Shown one piece after another: positions 22,078 through 31,593 of a DNA stretch of 64,000 nt. Location: positions 1-64,000 of the forward strand of contig CAVSBO010000017.1 of assembly GCA_963726195.1 (NCBI GenBank), read 5' to 3'. The stretch comes from Candidatus Thorarchaeota archaeon. GTDB lineage: Archaea > Asgardarchaeota > Thorarchaeia > Thorarchaeales > Thorarchaeaceae. The translations under genes and the position numbers were made by a program. The notes under the pieces were generated by a model. That model was not told the origin of the DNA, made no database searches, and was given only the letters and a program-made list of their open reading frames with translations. Each line of letters opens with the position of its first letter. Within the stretch, counting starts at the first letter, position 1.

Positions 22078-22425
22078 ATGTCTAGGGACAGGAAAGAACT
22101 CGCTGCACTGAAATGTGTGCCATGCCGTGGTGGTGTACCACCTCTGGAGGACGTGAAGATAAAGGAAATGTTGTCAGCCGTCCCGGGTTGGACAAGAATC
22201 AAGGAAGAAGGGATTGACAAGATACGGAAGGAGTTCAAGTTCAAGGACTTCAAGGCGGCAATGGTGTTCGTAAACCACGTTGCTGACATCGCAGAAGAGC
22301 AGGGACATCATCCAAACATACTGATTGACTGGAACAAAGTCACGCTAACGCTCTGGACGCATGCTATCAAAGGTCTGTTCGATAACGACTTCATCTTGGC
22401 TGCCAAGATTGACGAGATGAAGTAA
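22078..22425 (+). CDS. phhB: Pterin-4-alpha-carbinolamine dehydratase
   Basis: CVPCRGG, FKFKDF, AEEQGHHP, WTHAIKGL..NDFILAAKID. Confidence 0.93.
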   Translation: MSRDRKELAALKCVPCRGGVPPLEDVKIKEMLSAVPGWTRIKEEGIDKIRKEFKFKDFKAAMVFVNHVADIAEEQGHHPNILIDWNKVTLTLWTHAIKGLFDNDFILAAKIDEMK

Positions 22426-22583
22426 GGCCTGGTACTCCAAGCGCTGTCGGCCTTGAGTGCGTGGAGTTCCCTGGGACACCCATCCTTCACGCGCTTTATT
22501 CGGTATCCATATATCGGGAACCAAATCAGCCGACCTAGTCCAAACGTCGAAACAGCTCGCCTCCGACTAGGAGTTGACCCCAG

Positions 22584-24742
22584 ATGCAGAGTCATCGGTT
22601 TTATCTTGTATTCGTGGTAGCTATGCTGCTTTCACTGACAAGTTGTCCCGGTTTGGAAGACTCGTTGCTTCGTGGAAATGGTCCTGTTGCTGCGCAGGTT
22701 ACTGCTCAAGCTGGGTCGGAAGCAATCTATCATCCCGCTAGTGTCAGCACAATCACCGTCACCCAGTATTCGAACCTCACTGATGCTCTCGCAGCTGTGA
22801 ACAACGGTCAAGCTGACGTTTTCGGTCACAGGATCAATGCCTCCGACTGCGGCCTCGCAGGCGGCTACAGTAATCTGAAGCAGCAGTGGGCTTATGATTC
22901 GTTGGCTTGCATGCTCGTAATCAACAGCGGAATCTCTCCGCTTAATGACTCCCACCTGAGACGAGCCTTCGCTTTTGCGGTCGACAAGCTGGACATCGCA
23001 TCTACTGCTATGCACGGAAGAGTGGACCCGATAGATTTCGCCATGCCTCTGTCCAACGAGTTCTCCATAGAGAAGAACGAAGGTGGGCTTTTCTACCACA
23101 CAGACTTGAGCCTTGCAGAAAACGAGCTTGCCATGGCAGGTATGGTAGATGTGGATAACGACTCGGTTATCGAAGCTCCGAAAGGCTCAGAGATCTGCTT
23201 CACGCTTTCGTATCCCCTCGACATAGCAGGAATGAATCAAACGGCAGCCATAGTATCAGCCAATCTGCTGTCAGCCGGCATCAACAACACGCTTGTTCCA
23301 ATACAATACTCAGTTCTCCAGAACGGCATCGAAGCCCATAATCTCAGCTTCAACTTGGCAATCTACCATCAGGTCATGGATGAATACGGCTTCGGATGGG
23401 TTGCGACAACCTTTCTCAACTCGAAGCGTCAAGTCGTTGGTGAGAATGTGGCCAACATAGATGATTCCCGGCTCAGCCAATTGGCTATTGAGTACGGCGA
23501 CAATATCGTTCTCGGCAACGCTAAGACCCTAGGTCTGAACGCCGTGAGGGCAGTGAGAGACTTGTGCCCCATTGTTCCCTTGTTCGCTTACAGATGGCTC
23601 TCAGTGTATAATGATGAACGTTTTCAAGGATGGGCAAACGATACCTATGCAGGAGCCTTCAGTGCGTGGAATCCGATTACCGTCACGGCCAAGGGCGGAA
23701 TGCCAAACGAAATGAGAGTTGCAGTCCTGCCGAGTTTCTTCGACCGTTTCTTCACATCGCTCAATCCTCTCCGAGCACGGCTGGTTCTGGACGACACCTG
23801 GATCTCGAAGAGCTTTTCAACCCCTATCTGTTAGTCTACGACTCTTCACTAGAAACCATTTCAAACGGCCGGGCAGTGCCTCGCCTTGCAACCTCATGGG
23901 ACATGCTCTTCCTCGGTCTCGTATCAGATTTGAACGCTTCAGAATCCCGGCCCCAGTACTACATTGACCCGAATGCCCACTGGACAGACAACGTGCCAGT
24001 TGATTCGCAAGACTATCGGTTCACGTTCGAATACTATGCCAACTACTCAATCATCGCAGGCTCAAGCTTGATTGTCGGTGTGAAGACTCTGGGTGACCAC
24101 GTAGCTGGAATCAACTACAACAGCTTGGACATGTTTTCGTATCGCGCATTCGGCGCATTGCCCATTCTGCCTAGGCATATCTGGCAAGGTAGGGACCCAT
24201 TCACATGGGAGCCCGCAGTGGGAGATGCCATAGGATCAGGGCCATTCAAGGTGCTTTCATTCTCTCCCCATTCATCCCTTGTGCTAACCATCAACGCCGC
24301 CTATTATCCCGTCTTGGACACGGAACCGCCGAGGCTGAAATCAATCCAGATTATCCCAAACAATCCCAACCCGGCCGAATCTGTCGTCCTCAGAGCTAAC
24401 ATAGAAGACAGAAGCGAAATCAGAAACGTCACGCTTCATTACACTTACCTCGTGGGCTCCGTTGGTTTCAACTACAGCACTGAAATGAAGCTCGGTCCCC
24501 TAGGATATGAGACAACAATTCCGGCGAGAGTCACAGCAACTACCGTCTATTATGCGATTAACGCCACGGATGTTTGGGGGAATTCAGCCATTGTTGCTTC
24601 CGGTTCCTACTCACGCCCGACAACCACTTTGTCCATCTGGCAGACTTTGAGTCCGTACATAGCACTAGCCTCAATCGTCGGGGCCTTGGTGTTCGTTGCG
24701 TTGATTCTCAGACTTCGGAACAGACACTCTCCGGCTCACTGA
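22584..24742 (+). CDS. Oligopeptide-type ABC substrate-binding protein (family 5-like) with C-terminal Ig-like domain and TM anchor; indel near 23810
   Basis: Signal peptide, LRRAFAFAVDK, VYDS...VPRLATSW, WTD..PVDSQD..FTF, PILPRHIW, IGSGPFK, C-terminal TM. Confidence 0.8.
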
Positions 24743-26230
24743 GACGGCTTCTTTCGTACCCAGCGAAGCATAGCGATGACGAAGACGACACTCCCAACGG
24801 CACCGATTATGATGAACGGGGCATACACTATCAATGGGTTAGTAGGCCAGATTGAGTCTAGGACTAATCCCGCCGCTTTCCAAGAGTCTGCAATGCCAGT
24901 CAGGTGTTGAGATATGATTGAAAAGTTGTAGGCACCTAGTGCAAGGGCGGATGTCAGATTCCCAGTGGAGTTGTACGCATCGATTACGTGATGGAATGTA
25001 TTTGATATGATGCCTTCATGCGGGCTAATGTCAAAGGGATTTACCAAGCTTCTGTTGTCAGCTAGGGCCTCAAAGTGCGGCAGTGCCTCTCTTGCTTCTG
25101 TGTCAAAGGTTGTGAGATCAAATCCGGTCATGAATGAAGAGAATCTCTCAAGTGCAGCTCTGAAGGAAAGGTACTGAAGAGTTGTTTGAGCCTCCAATCC
25201 TAGGCCTATGAAGAGGAGGAGAAGCGCTTTGTTTTGCACTTCATTCGGGATTCCATTGAAGACTTTCAGGTAGGAAGACAGACCATCGGGAGTCATGTCA
25301 GAACTCATTCTCCTCCACGCACCCTCACCGAACCCCCAGATGTACCCGTATGGACTCCCCGGAGCATACGAGGAAGAACTGCCTAACAGTCTGTTCTCGG
25401 ACATACGGACCGAGGTGAGATGGCACGTCTTCGACGGGAGTTCCGCCCGGCCGAAGCAGTACGCTAATCCACTCTCGGCTGCCCCAGGCCAGACCCAAGC
25501 TGGTATAACTGATCTTTGTGTAGTTTCCTCTGCCGTCAATCGGATAGCTGAAGTTGACCCCGAAGGAACCCACACCCGGATCAATCATCGTCGCGGCGCC
25601 CTCTGTGTCGTTGTAGCCTACTATCACAACACCGTGAGCACCACCGCTGCTGTTCTGCGCTCTGAGTATGTCGTAATCATGTTCAGGTAGCCATCGAGGA
25701 TCGACACTGACGATAAGCGGGTACCCTTCGTCAATCACATTTTTCATCAGCTGCATAGCTTCTTCCTGACTCGAAAGCAATGCTACGTTAATTCCTTCAG
25801 AATTCAAGTACTGGACTTCACTGTCAACGCCTGGAATTCCTGAACCCAAGTAGACAGTCTGGTTGACACCGTACAGATCTGCGAGAAACTCCGTCGGTTC
25901 AACCTGTTGATAGAGAGCGCCGGGAAACATGAGCAGCGTGTCATTATAACGGACGTATGCAAACGAGAAACCAACACCGGTTAGGGCCAGCACATCATGC
26001 AAATCGAGGTGCAGTCCTAAGTACTGTAGCACAATCGAAACCGTCGCCCATTGGCACAGACCGTTTATCTCCTGCCAGACATAGGGCACACCTCTGATAA
26101 CTTTCTCTCCAATTGCGGCAAGGGCGTGCGTACCCATTGGTTCCCCTGAATTGACGCCATAACTGACATTTACGACAGGCAGGGCGCCCAAAATGACTAT
26201 AACAAGGAAAGTCGCTGCGAGGTATTTCAC
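24736..26230 (-). CDS. Secreted, membrane-anchored C39-like (papain-fold) cysteine peptidase; indel near 25360
   Basis: VPYVWQEINGLCQWATVSIVLQYLG (Q..C), GYPLIV, GAHGVVIVGY, IDPG. Has an N-terminal signal and a C-terminal TM. Confidence 0.75.
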
Positions 26231-26358
26231 TGTTGGTCGATGACGAATCTCGTCTCATGCGAACATAATCGTTTTCATCTGGGACAAACGGTGCCCTCTT
26301 CGAAAACCCTTATTCGTCAATGTGCTGGGAGCCCGCTTGAAAGCGAGGCCTCCCTGCA

Positions 26359-26538
26359 TTGAACTATCACTTAGTGCTCACAAGGCAGTGCAACCTCAAT
26401 TGCACCTATTGTCACGGAGGGGAGGAGTACGGACCCGATACTGAGCTACAATACTCCCTTGATGACCTTGCTTCATTCTTGAGCAGCGACAAAGATGTCC
26501 AATTGATGCTTTACGGAGGAGAAGAGATTTTGAAGTAA
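26359..26538 (+). pseudogene. Displaced original 5' end (59 aa) of the radical SAM gene, truncated at attL
   Basis: TTG start after GCGAGG. Translates as LNYHLVLTRQCNLNCTYCHGGEEYGPDTELQYSLDDLASFLSSDKDVQLMLYGGEEILK*, homologous to the start of 28906-29991. Confidence 0.9.
26512..26519 (+). repeat. attL core TACGGAGG
   Basis: tgcttTACGGAGGaga here versus tgctcTACGGAGGgga at 29062. Similarity between the two 5' copies ends here. Confidence 0.8.
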
Positions 26539-26564
26539 TGCTCGCACACAACCGTTATTAGCCG

Positions 26565-27776
26565 TTGGTGCCATACAATCGCCGAATAAAAATAACAGCC
26601 GAAGAAGACCAGGCATTCGCTAGTTGGTGCCGAGGCAACCTGTCGGTGGTGCCGGTCGACAAGACCGTCGACAATAAGACGAAGCTATTGCATATCCTGG
26701 TGAACAGCTACGGATTGGATCTCCAGAATCCAGACCCTGAGACCGTGGTTGCGAATATCACGAAGGCCCGGATATCCGCAAGGAGCATGAAGACGTACAA
26801 GACTGTGTTCAAGCAGTGGCTCCAATCAAGAGGTATTGAGATATCCGACAAGGTGAAGGCAGGGCTCAAGCACCGAAACGGTCAGAGGGTCAGAATCACA
26901 CATCCCAATGACCTGGTCAGCAGAGAAGAACTGTCAGATATCATAGAGCACACGACAAGCCAAGTACTGAAGACGTACCTCTTGGTCCTCTACGATACTG
27001 CAGGCAGACCAAGAGCAGTCTGCAAGCTGGATATATCAGATGTGACACAGGACAAATATGGATTCATCCTCAACTTCAGACACGTCAAGACCGAGCAATC
27101 ACAAAGACCGGTGCGGCTGATAGACCCATTGGCAATCAGACATTTAGAGATATGGCTCTCGATCCATCCACGAAACAAAGAATCAGACGCGCCGTGGTTT
27201 CTGAATCGCTTGGGACGAAGATTCCGAGTTGAATCGGTCCTGAGCATTCTACGTGCATATCACAACGAACGACTAGGACGAGGCAATGGCGGGAAGGCAT
27301 CTCTCTCTCCTTATCTCTTCAGGAAAAGTCGAGCAACCCAACTCCTGAGAGAGCGGCTATTGTCGGATGTTGAGGTCAGACAGAGACTGGGTCACAACAA
27401 AGATAGTCGGATCCTCGAGTCGTACTACGACATCAGAGATGAACAGGACCAGCAAAAGGCCGAATTGAGAGCCATGGGAATCGTGGAGGTCGAGAATAAA
27501 CCCTCGCAAAGAATCTGTCCTAATTGCTCCATGCTGAATGAAGCAGCTGCTGCAGAGTGTCTCCGATGTAGACATCCTCTGACAGAAGAGGCCATGATTA
27601 AGCAACAGAGGGCTGCTATTGAAAGCGTTCAACAGAAGACAGCTCTTGAGACGATCAAGACTCTGCTTTCCGATCCTAAGACATTCAAAGTGCTGGCATC
27701 CGCGTTTGGCGAAGCCCTCGCGAATGAAAAGAGAGCAGAGAAGAAAGACCAATCTAAGGCTGATGAGACCGACTAG
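26565..27776 (+). CDS. Tyrosine recombinase/integrase with C-terminal zinc ribbon
   Basis: LYDTAGR (catalytic R), KT, SPYLFRKSRAT (HxxR variant), RLGH, catalytic Y in ESYY, CPNC...CLRC. Confidence 0.92.
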   Translation: MVPYNRRIKITAEEDQAFASWCRGNLSVVPVDKTVDNKTKLLHILVNSYGLDLQNPDPETVVANITKARISARSMKTYKTVFKQWLQSRGIEISDKVKAGLKHRNGQRVRITHPNDLVSREELSDIIEHTTSQVLKTYLLVLYDTAGRPRAVCKLDISDVTQDKYGFILNFRHVKTEQSQRPVRLIDPLAIRHLEIWLSIHPRNKESDAPWFLNRLGRRFRVESVLSILRAYHNERLGRGNGGKASLSPYLFRKSRATQLLRERLLSDVEVRQRLGHNKDSRILESYYDIRDEQDQQKAELRAMGIVEVENKPSQRICPNCSMLNEAAAAECLRCRHPLTEEAMIKQQRAAIESVQQKTALETIKTLLSDPKTFKVLASAFGEALANEKRAEKKDQSKADETD

Positions 27777-28036
27777 AAAAGCTTCCTCAAGCCTAGCACT
27801 AATTCTTGCTGTTTGGACAGATTCGACGATGCATCATCCAAGTATCGGACGACATAGTCACGGATGCCTGGATCCTCGGCAGAGACCCGCTGTAGGAATC
27901 TAGACCCTATCTCTTCTTCTAAGGCTAGGAATACGTACTTGAGTGACAGGCCATAGAAGTACTCTAGGAAGCTCTCTGCCGAGACCGGCTTGAGCAGTGC
28001 AGACATTGCGGCTGGCTGAGTTTTGAGACTGGTCAT
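27773..28036 (-). CDS. Hypothetical protein (element cargo)
   Basis: 87-aa ORF convergent with the integrase, stop codons overlapping. Confidence 0.5.
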   Translation of the reverse strand: MTSLKTQPAAMSALLKPVSAESFLEYFYGLSLKYVFLALEEEIGSRFLQRVSAEDPGIRDYVVRYLDDASSNLSKQQELVLGLRKLF

Positions 28037-28105
28037 TCGGCTGGCAGATGTAGCTATGGCTCAAAGGATGACAAAGAAAGCCATGAAGAAGGGTCTGAGC
28101 TCCTA

Positions 28106-28309
28106 TTGCTGGACATAGACCGCATTCTCTACTCCACGCCAGATGCGCTCAAGATCCAGTTGCCCGACAGGACGTACTTCTGGGTGCCGAAGTCAATCAC
28201 TGATTCCGAACACAGGATACCGAGATGGTTCGTAGAAGCAAAGGGTCTTCTGCCCTACTTGAAGAGCAAGCTTACATACAGTCAGCGGAAACTTGAGGAG
28301 TTCTTCTAG
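28106..28309 (+). CDS. Small hypothetical protein resembling phage W-x-P-K-S proteins
   Basis: STPDALKI...FWVPKS...IPRWFVEAKGL. The family resemblance is recalled, not searched. Confidence 0.55.
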   Translation: MLDIDRILYSTPDALKIQLPDRTYFWVPKSITDSEHRIPRWFVEAKGLLPYLKSKLTYSQRKLEEFF

Positions 28310-28323
28310 CAAGTCGTTGGTAA

Positions 28324-28579
28324 TTCACGCTCTTTGCCAATTGTGGGAGAAGCGAACTGATCGAGCCACACCGCCTCGCCGTGCATCACGTCGACGGTGA
28401 CAAGATGCAGGGATGCAAAGGCTCAAAATGGTTTGGGTTGGGCGGGCAAGTGGTTCCTTGTTCCTCTCTGTCGTTCCTGTCATGCCAAAGGATTGGAAAG
28501 AGATGTCTACTCCGTGGGAGAATTCTGGCTTGCAGAACTGGCTAGGCGATACTCGGAGAGGAGAGTTGCAATACAATGA
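28324..28579 (+). pseudogene. HNH endonuclease remnant (frameshifted, no clear start)
   Basis: FANCGRSE...RLAVHHVDGDKMQGC in one frame and KWFLVPLCRSCHAK in another. Confidence 0.7.
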
Positions 28580-28800
28580 AGAAAAAATGGACCCAGAAAG
28601 CGACTAATCCTGAACTCGAAGGCGCGTTCAGGCGTGACGTCAAAGCACGGTACGGGAAAAAGGGCTTCACCAAGTCCGGCTCGATCAAGAAGTCCGTTCT
28701 AACGGAGTTGTCTCGAGACAAGAACAAGCGGACCGACAAGACCACCAAGGTCGCCCGTAGGGCCCGTTTCGCCCTGAACGCACGCAAACGCAGGAAATAG
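28576..28800 (+). CDS. Small, highly basic (Lys/Arg-rich) protein, virus-like
   Basis: MKKKWTQKA...GAF...RRARFALNARKRRK. Its ATGA overlaps the previous stop. Confidence 0.75.
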   Translation: MKKKWTQKATNPELEGAFRRDVKARYGKKGFTKSGSIKKSVLTELSRDKNKRTDKTTKVARRARFALNARKRRK

Positions 28801-28850
28801 TTGGCGCGCGCCAACTCGCTTGATCAGCGTTGGGGAGCCACGACTCCCCA
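28799..28850. repeat. Cluster of palindromes/hairpins at the element's right end
   Basis: Perfect 18-bp palindrome AGTTGGCGCGCGCCAACT (28799-28816), CGCT-tgatc-AGCG, and TGGGGAG-ccacga-CTCCCCA (28831-28850). Confidence 0.75.
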
Positions 28851-28905
28851 CTACTTCTCACAATGCTCTAATATCACAACCTCATGCCTATCAACCCGAC
28901 CACCG

Positions 28906-29991
28906 ATGAATTATCATATCGTGCTCACCAGGCAGTGCAATCTGAACTGTGTCTATTGTCGCGGCGGAGAAGAGCACGGACCTGACACAGAACTGAGCTA
29001 TTCTCTTGACGATCTGGCATCCTTCTTAGAAAAGGACAGAACCTCCACTACGCTCCTGCTCTACGGAGGGGAGCCAACCCTACGAATACCCCTCATCACT
29101 GACGTCATGGACAAGTTCCCTGATGCTCGATTCATGCTTCAGACAAATGCCCTACGCCTGAACAAGATTCCGGAGCCTTACATCAAACGATTTCATTCAA
29201 TACTGGTGTCCATCGACGGCACGAGAGAAACAACCGATGGATATAGGTCGCGAGGCGTGTATGATCGCGTTCTCGCCAATGTCAAATGGCTCAGGAAGAT
29301 TGGCTATCAGGGAGACATCGTGGCTCGAATGGCAGTCTCACAGCGGAGTGACATCTACAGGGACGTGCACCACTTGCTGAATCTCGCGAATCCGAAGTTC
29401 GATCACGTCCACTGGCAGCTCAACGTGATCTGGGATGCAGAAGGCAACTGGACGGATTTCGACGGCTGGGTCGCAGAATCCTATAACCCAGGTATAACGA
29501 GATTAGCTAGCGATTGGGTTAAGGCGATGGATCGCGGTACTGTCGAAGGAATAGTGCCGTTTCTTCCCATTGCATATAGTCTTCTCAGCGGAAAACCTTC
29601 GCGACTCAGGTGTGGGTCTGGACTCGACACATTTGCAGTCCACGTCGACGGGTCAATTGGTGTATGTCCCATATCACCAGACTGGCCGTTCTCAATTGTG
29701 GGTAACATACGCACAACCAACCCAAGTCTACTGAGGGACACAATGACTGTGGATGAACCATGTCCGTCTTGCGATGAGTTTGCAGTTTGTGGAGGGAGAT
29801 GTCTGTTTGCAAACAAGGAAAGACTGTGGGGGGAAAGTGGCTTTCAGAAAGTCTGCGATACCGTGAGGCATCTAATCGAAAGCCTTCGCATCGAGATGCC
29901 GCACGTGCGCGAGCTGATCGAAAAAGGAATTGTCAACGAAGAGGACTTCAACTATCCCGAGTTCAACAATGGTTGCGAGATTATCCCCTAG
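28906..29991 (+). CDS. Radical SAM/SPASM protein (AF0577/TIGR04084-like), reconstituted from an element-derived 5' end and the host 3' end
   Basis: CNLNCVYC, YGGEP, QTN, SIDG, SPASM cysteines (CGSG...CP...CPSC...CGGRC), C-terminal NGCEIIP. Confidence 0.92.
   Translation: MNYHIVLTRQCNLNCVYCRGGEEHGPDTELSYSLDDLASFLEKDRTSTTLLLYGGEPTLRIPLITDVMDKFPDARFMLQTNALRLNKIPEPYIKRFHSILVSIDGTRETTDGYRSRGVYDRVLANVKWLRKIGYQGDIVARMAVSQRSDIYRDVHHLLNLANPKFDHVHWQLNVIWDAEGNWTDFDGWVAESYNPGITRLASDWVKAMDRGTVEGIVPFLPIAYSLLSGKPSRLRCGSGLDTFAVHVDGSIGVCPISPDWPFSIVGNIRTTNPSLLRDTMTVDEPCPSCDEFAVCGGRCLFANKERLWGESGFQKVCDTVRHLIESLRIEMPHVRELIEKGIVNEEDFNYPEFNNGCEIIP
29062..29069 (+). repeat. attR core TACGGAGG
   Basis: Direct repeat of 26512-26519 at the homologous YGG codons. 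Confidence 0.8.
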
Positions 29992-30530
29992 ACATCCTCT
30001 TCTTCGCCTTCTTGTTCTGACTCGTATAGGTCCTTCTGCATCACCATTAGTTCTGTGCCTGAACCCTGACGGCCTTCGATGGGTTTGTAACCGATGCCCT
30101 CATAAAACTTGGTTTGGGAACCCATTGCACTGACGACTTCGAGCTGAACGGTTTTGGCCCCCATGTGAGTGAGCAGATTCTCAGCGTATTCGACGAGAAA
30201 GGTACCGACGCGTCTATTGCGGAATTTCTCAAGAACACCGATACGGCTTATCGTACCCGTCTGACCCTGAAGCTGCACACGCATAGTTCCAACAATTGAG
30301 TCCCCAATGATTGCCACGTACACATTCCCCATCTGAATTGCACGTGATATCTTGTCAAGACCATCCTGCAGCGCGAGAGGCTCCTTGGTTTGGCGCTTCC
30401 TAACGCCGCCGTAAGCCTCTTGGAGAATGGACCGAACAGTGTCCACTTCTCCGAGATCCGCACGACGGATTGAAACTTCAGCATAATCATACATGGCGGG
30501 CCCGACCTTCGGTGAGCTGTTATCCTTCAA
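29988..30530 (-). CDS. GNAT family N-acetyltransferase
   Basis: IGVLEKFRNRRVGTFL, KFYEGIGY. Confidence 0.88.
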   Translation of the reverse strand: MKDNSSPKVGPAMYDYAEVSIRRADLGEVDTVRSILQEAYGGVRKRQTKEPLALQDGLDKISRAIQMGNVYVAIIGDSIVGTMRVQLQGQTGTISRIGVLEKFRNRRVGTFLVEYAENLLTHMGAKTVQLEVVSAMGSQTKFYEGIGYKPIEGRQGSGTELMVMQKDLYESEQEGEEEDV

Positions 30531-30629
30531 GGGGACAATTCAGACATAAAGTAATTGGACTGGGACAAAAAGACCGCCTGTCTACGCCCATAGGACACCG
30601 ATGAGCATAAGACATGGGCCTAGTTGAGC

Positions 30630-31169
30630 ATGAGCTCAGACATTCCCTCAGTAAACGGTGAGGAACTCGCTGTGCCGGGAAGAACCAGAATCGAGGTAAG
30701 AGAGAAGGAAGCAGGAGACCAGAATTGGGTAAATGATCTTCTTGCCGCAAGCTGGGCATCGACCAGAATAGTGTCGCGGGGACGCCTCTGCGATGCGTCT
30801 CAGTTAGCGGCCTTCGTTGCGCTTTTCAAGAAAAGGAGAAGCGGTCTACTCACCTACAGAATATCACAGAAGGAATGCGAGATTGTTACCTTGAACAGCC
30901 TTGTACAGAATGTTGGAATTGGAACTGCCCTCCTTGACGCGGTCACCAGCCAAGCAGAACTCGGCAGATGCGTTAGGCTGTGGCTTATAACAACTAATGA
31001 CAATACAAACGCGCTGCATTTCTATCAGAGGAGGGGCTTTCGAATAGCGGCCATTCACGTCAGAGCGATCGAGGAGTCTAGGAAGCTGAAGCCTGAGCTA
31101 CCCCTTCTGGGTTATGACGGGATTCCAATCTTGGATGAAATTGAGCTTGAGAGGACAATAGTAGTTTGA
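30630..31169 (+). CDS. GNAT family N-acetyltransferase
   Basis: GIGTALL, LITTNDNTNALHFYQRRGF, GIPILDEIELE. Confidence 0.9.
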   Translation: MSSDIPSVNGEELAVPGRTRIEVREKEAGDQNWVNDLLAASWASTRIVSRGRLCDASQLAAFVALFKKRRSGLLTYRISQKECEIVTLNSLVQNVGIGTALLDAVTSQAELGRCVRLWLITTNDNTNALHFYQRRGFRIAAIHVRAIEESRKLKPELPLLGYDGIPILDEIELERTIVV

Positions 31170-31290
31170 GATTCCTGCTCAAGCGCAGCCCAATGATTCA
31201 ATCTCAACTCATTAGGGCCCTTCTCAAGCGGCAATACGCTTAGTTTAATACACTCCATGCCCTGCGGCTACCCAGAGTGGAGGATACGAC

Positions 31291-31437
31291 ATGTCACCCA
31301 AGAAGAAAGAAGAAGTCGTTGAGTCCGACAAACTGTCACCGAAAGACAAGAAAGAGATTCAAGAAGGTGCTTGTGTCAACTGCGCTATTGCGACCTTGGT
31401 GTTCGTCATCTTGATGATGACTGCAGCTCTTCTCTAA
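31291..31437 (+). CDS. 48-aa tail-anchored small protein (below ORF-track cutoff)
   Basis: GGAGGA RBS, then MSPKKKEEVVESDKLSPKDKKEIQEGACVNCAIATLVFVILMMTAALL*. Confidence 0.65.
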   Translation: MSPKKKEEVVESDKLSPKDKKEIQEGACVNCAIATLVFVILMMTAALL

Positions 31438-31593
31438 GCAGCAGCTCTGGTTTCTCCGTCACCGACCCCAGTGACGCCACGAAAGCGAATCCACCTCGTC
31501 GCAACAACTTAGGGTCAAAATAGGTCGCACTCGATTCCTGGCCGAGTTGACATCGGCCACGATTTCATCGTGCAGCCGGTCGACGTTACCCTG

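Larger units (their letters stand above)
26512..29069. mobile_element. 2,550-bp integrative element (satellite or reduced provirus) inserted in a radical SAM gene, carrying a replacement 5' end
   Basis: Integrase adjacent to attL, 8-bp direct repeat in the YGG codons, duplicated and diverged 5' gene segment, small virus-like cargo ORFs. Confidence 0.88.

Noticed and set aside
26359-26538. Duplicated radical SAM 5' end as an assembly duplication
   Set aside because: The copies differ at many synonymous and several non-synonymous sites plus one codon indel, and similarity stops exactly at the 8-bp core beside an integrase.
28801-28905. ORF-track TTG start giving the radical SAM a 35-aa N-terminal extension
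   Set aside because: Homology with the displaced copy begins at ATG 28906, and the extension overlaps palindromes and a likely promoter.
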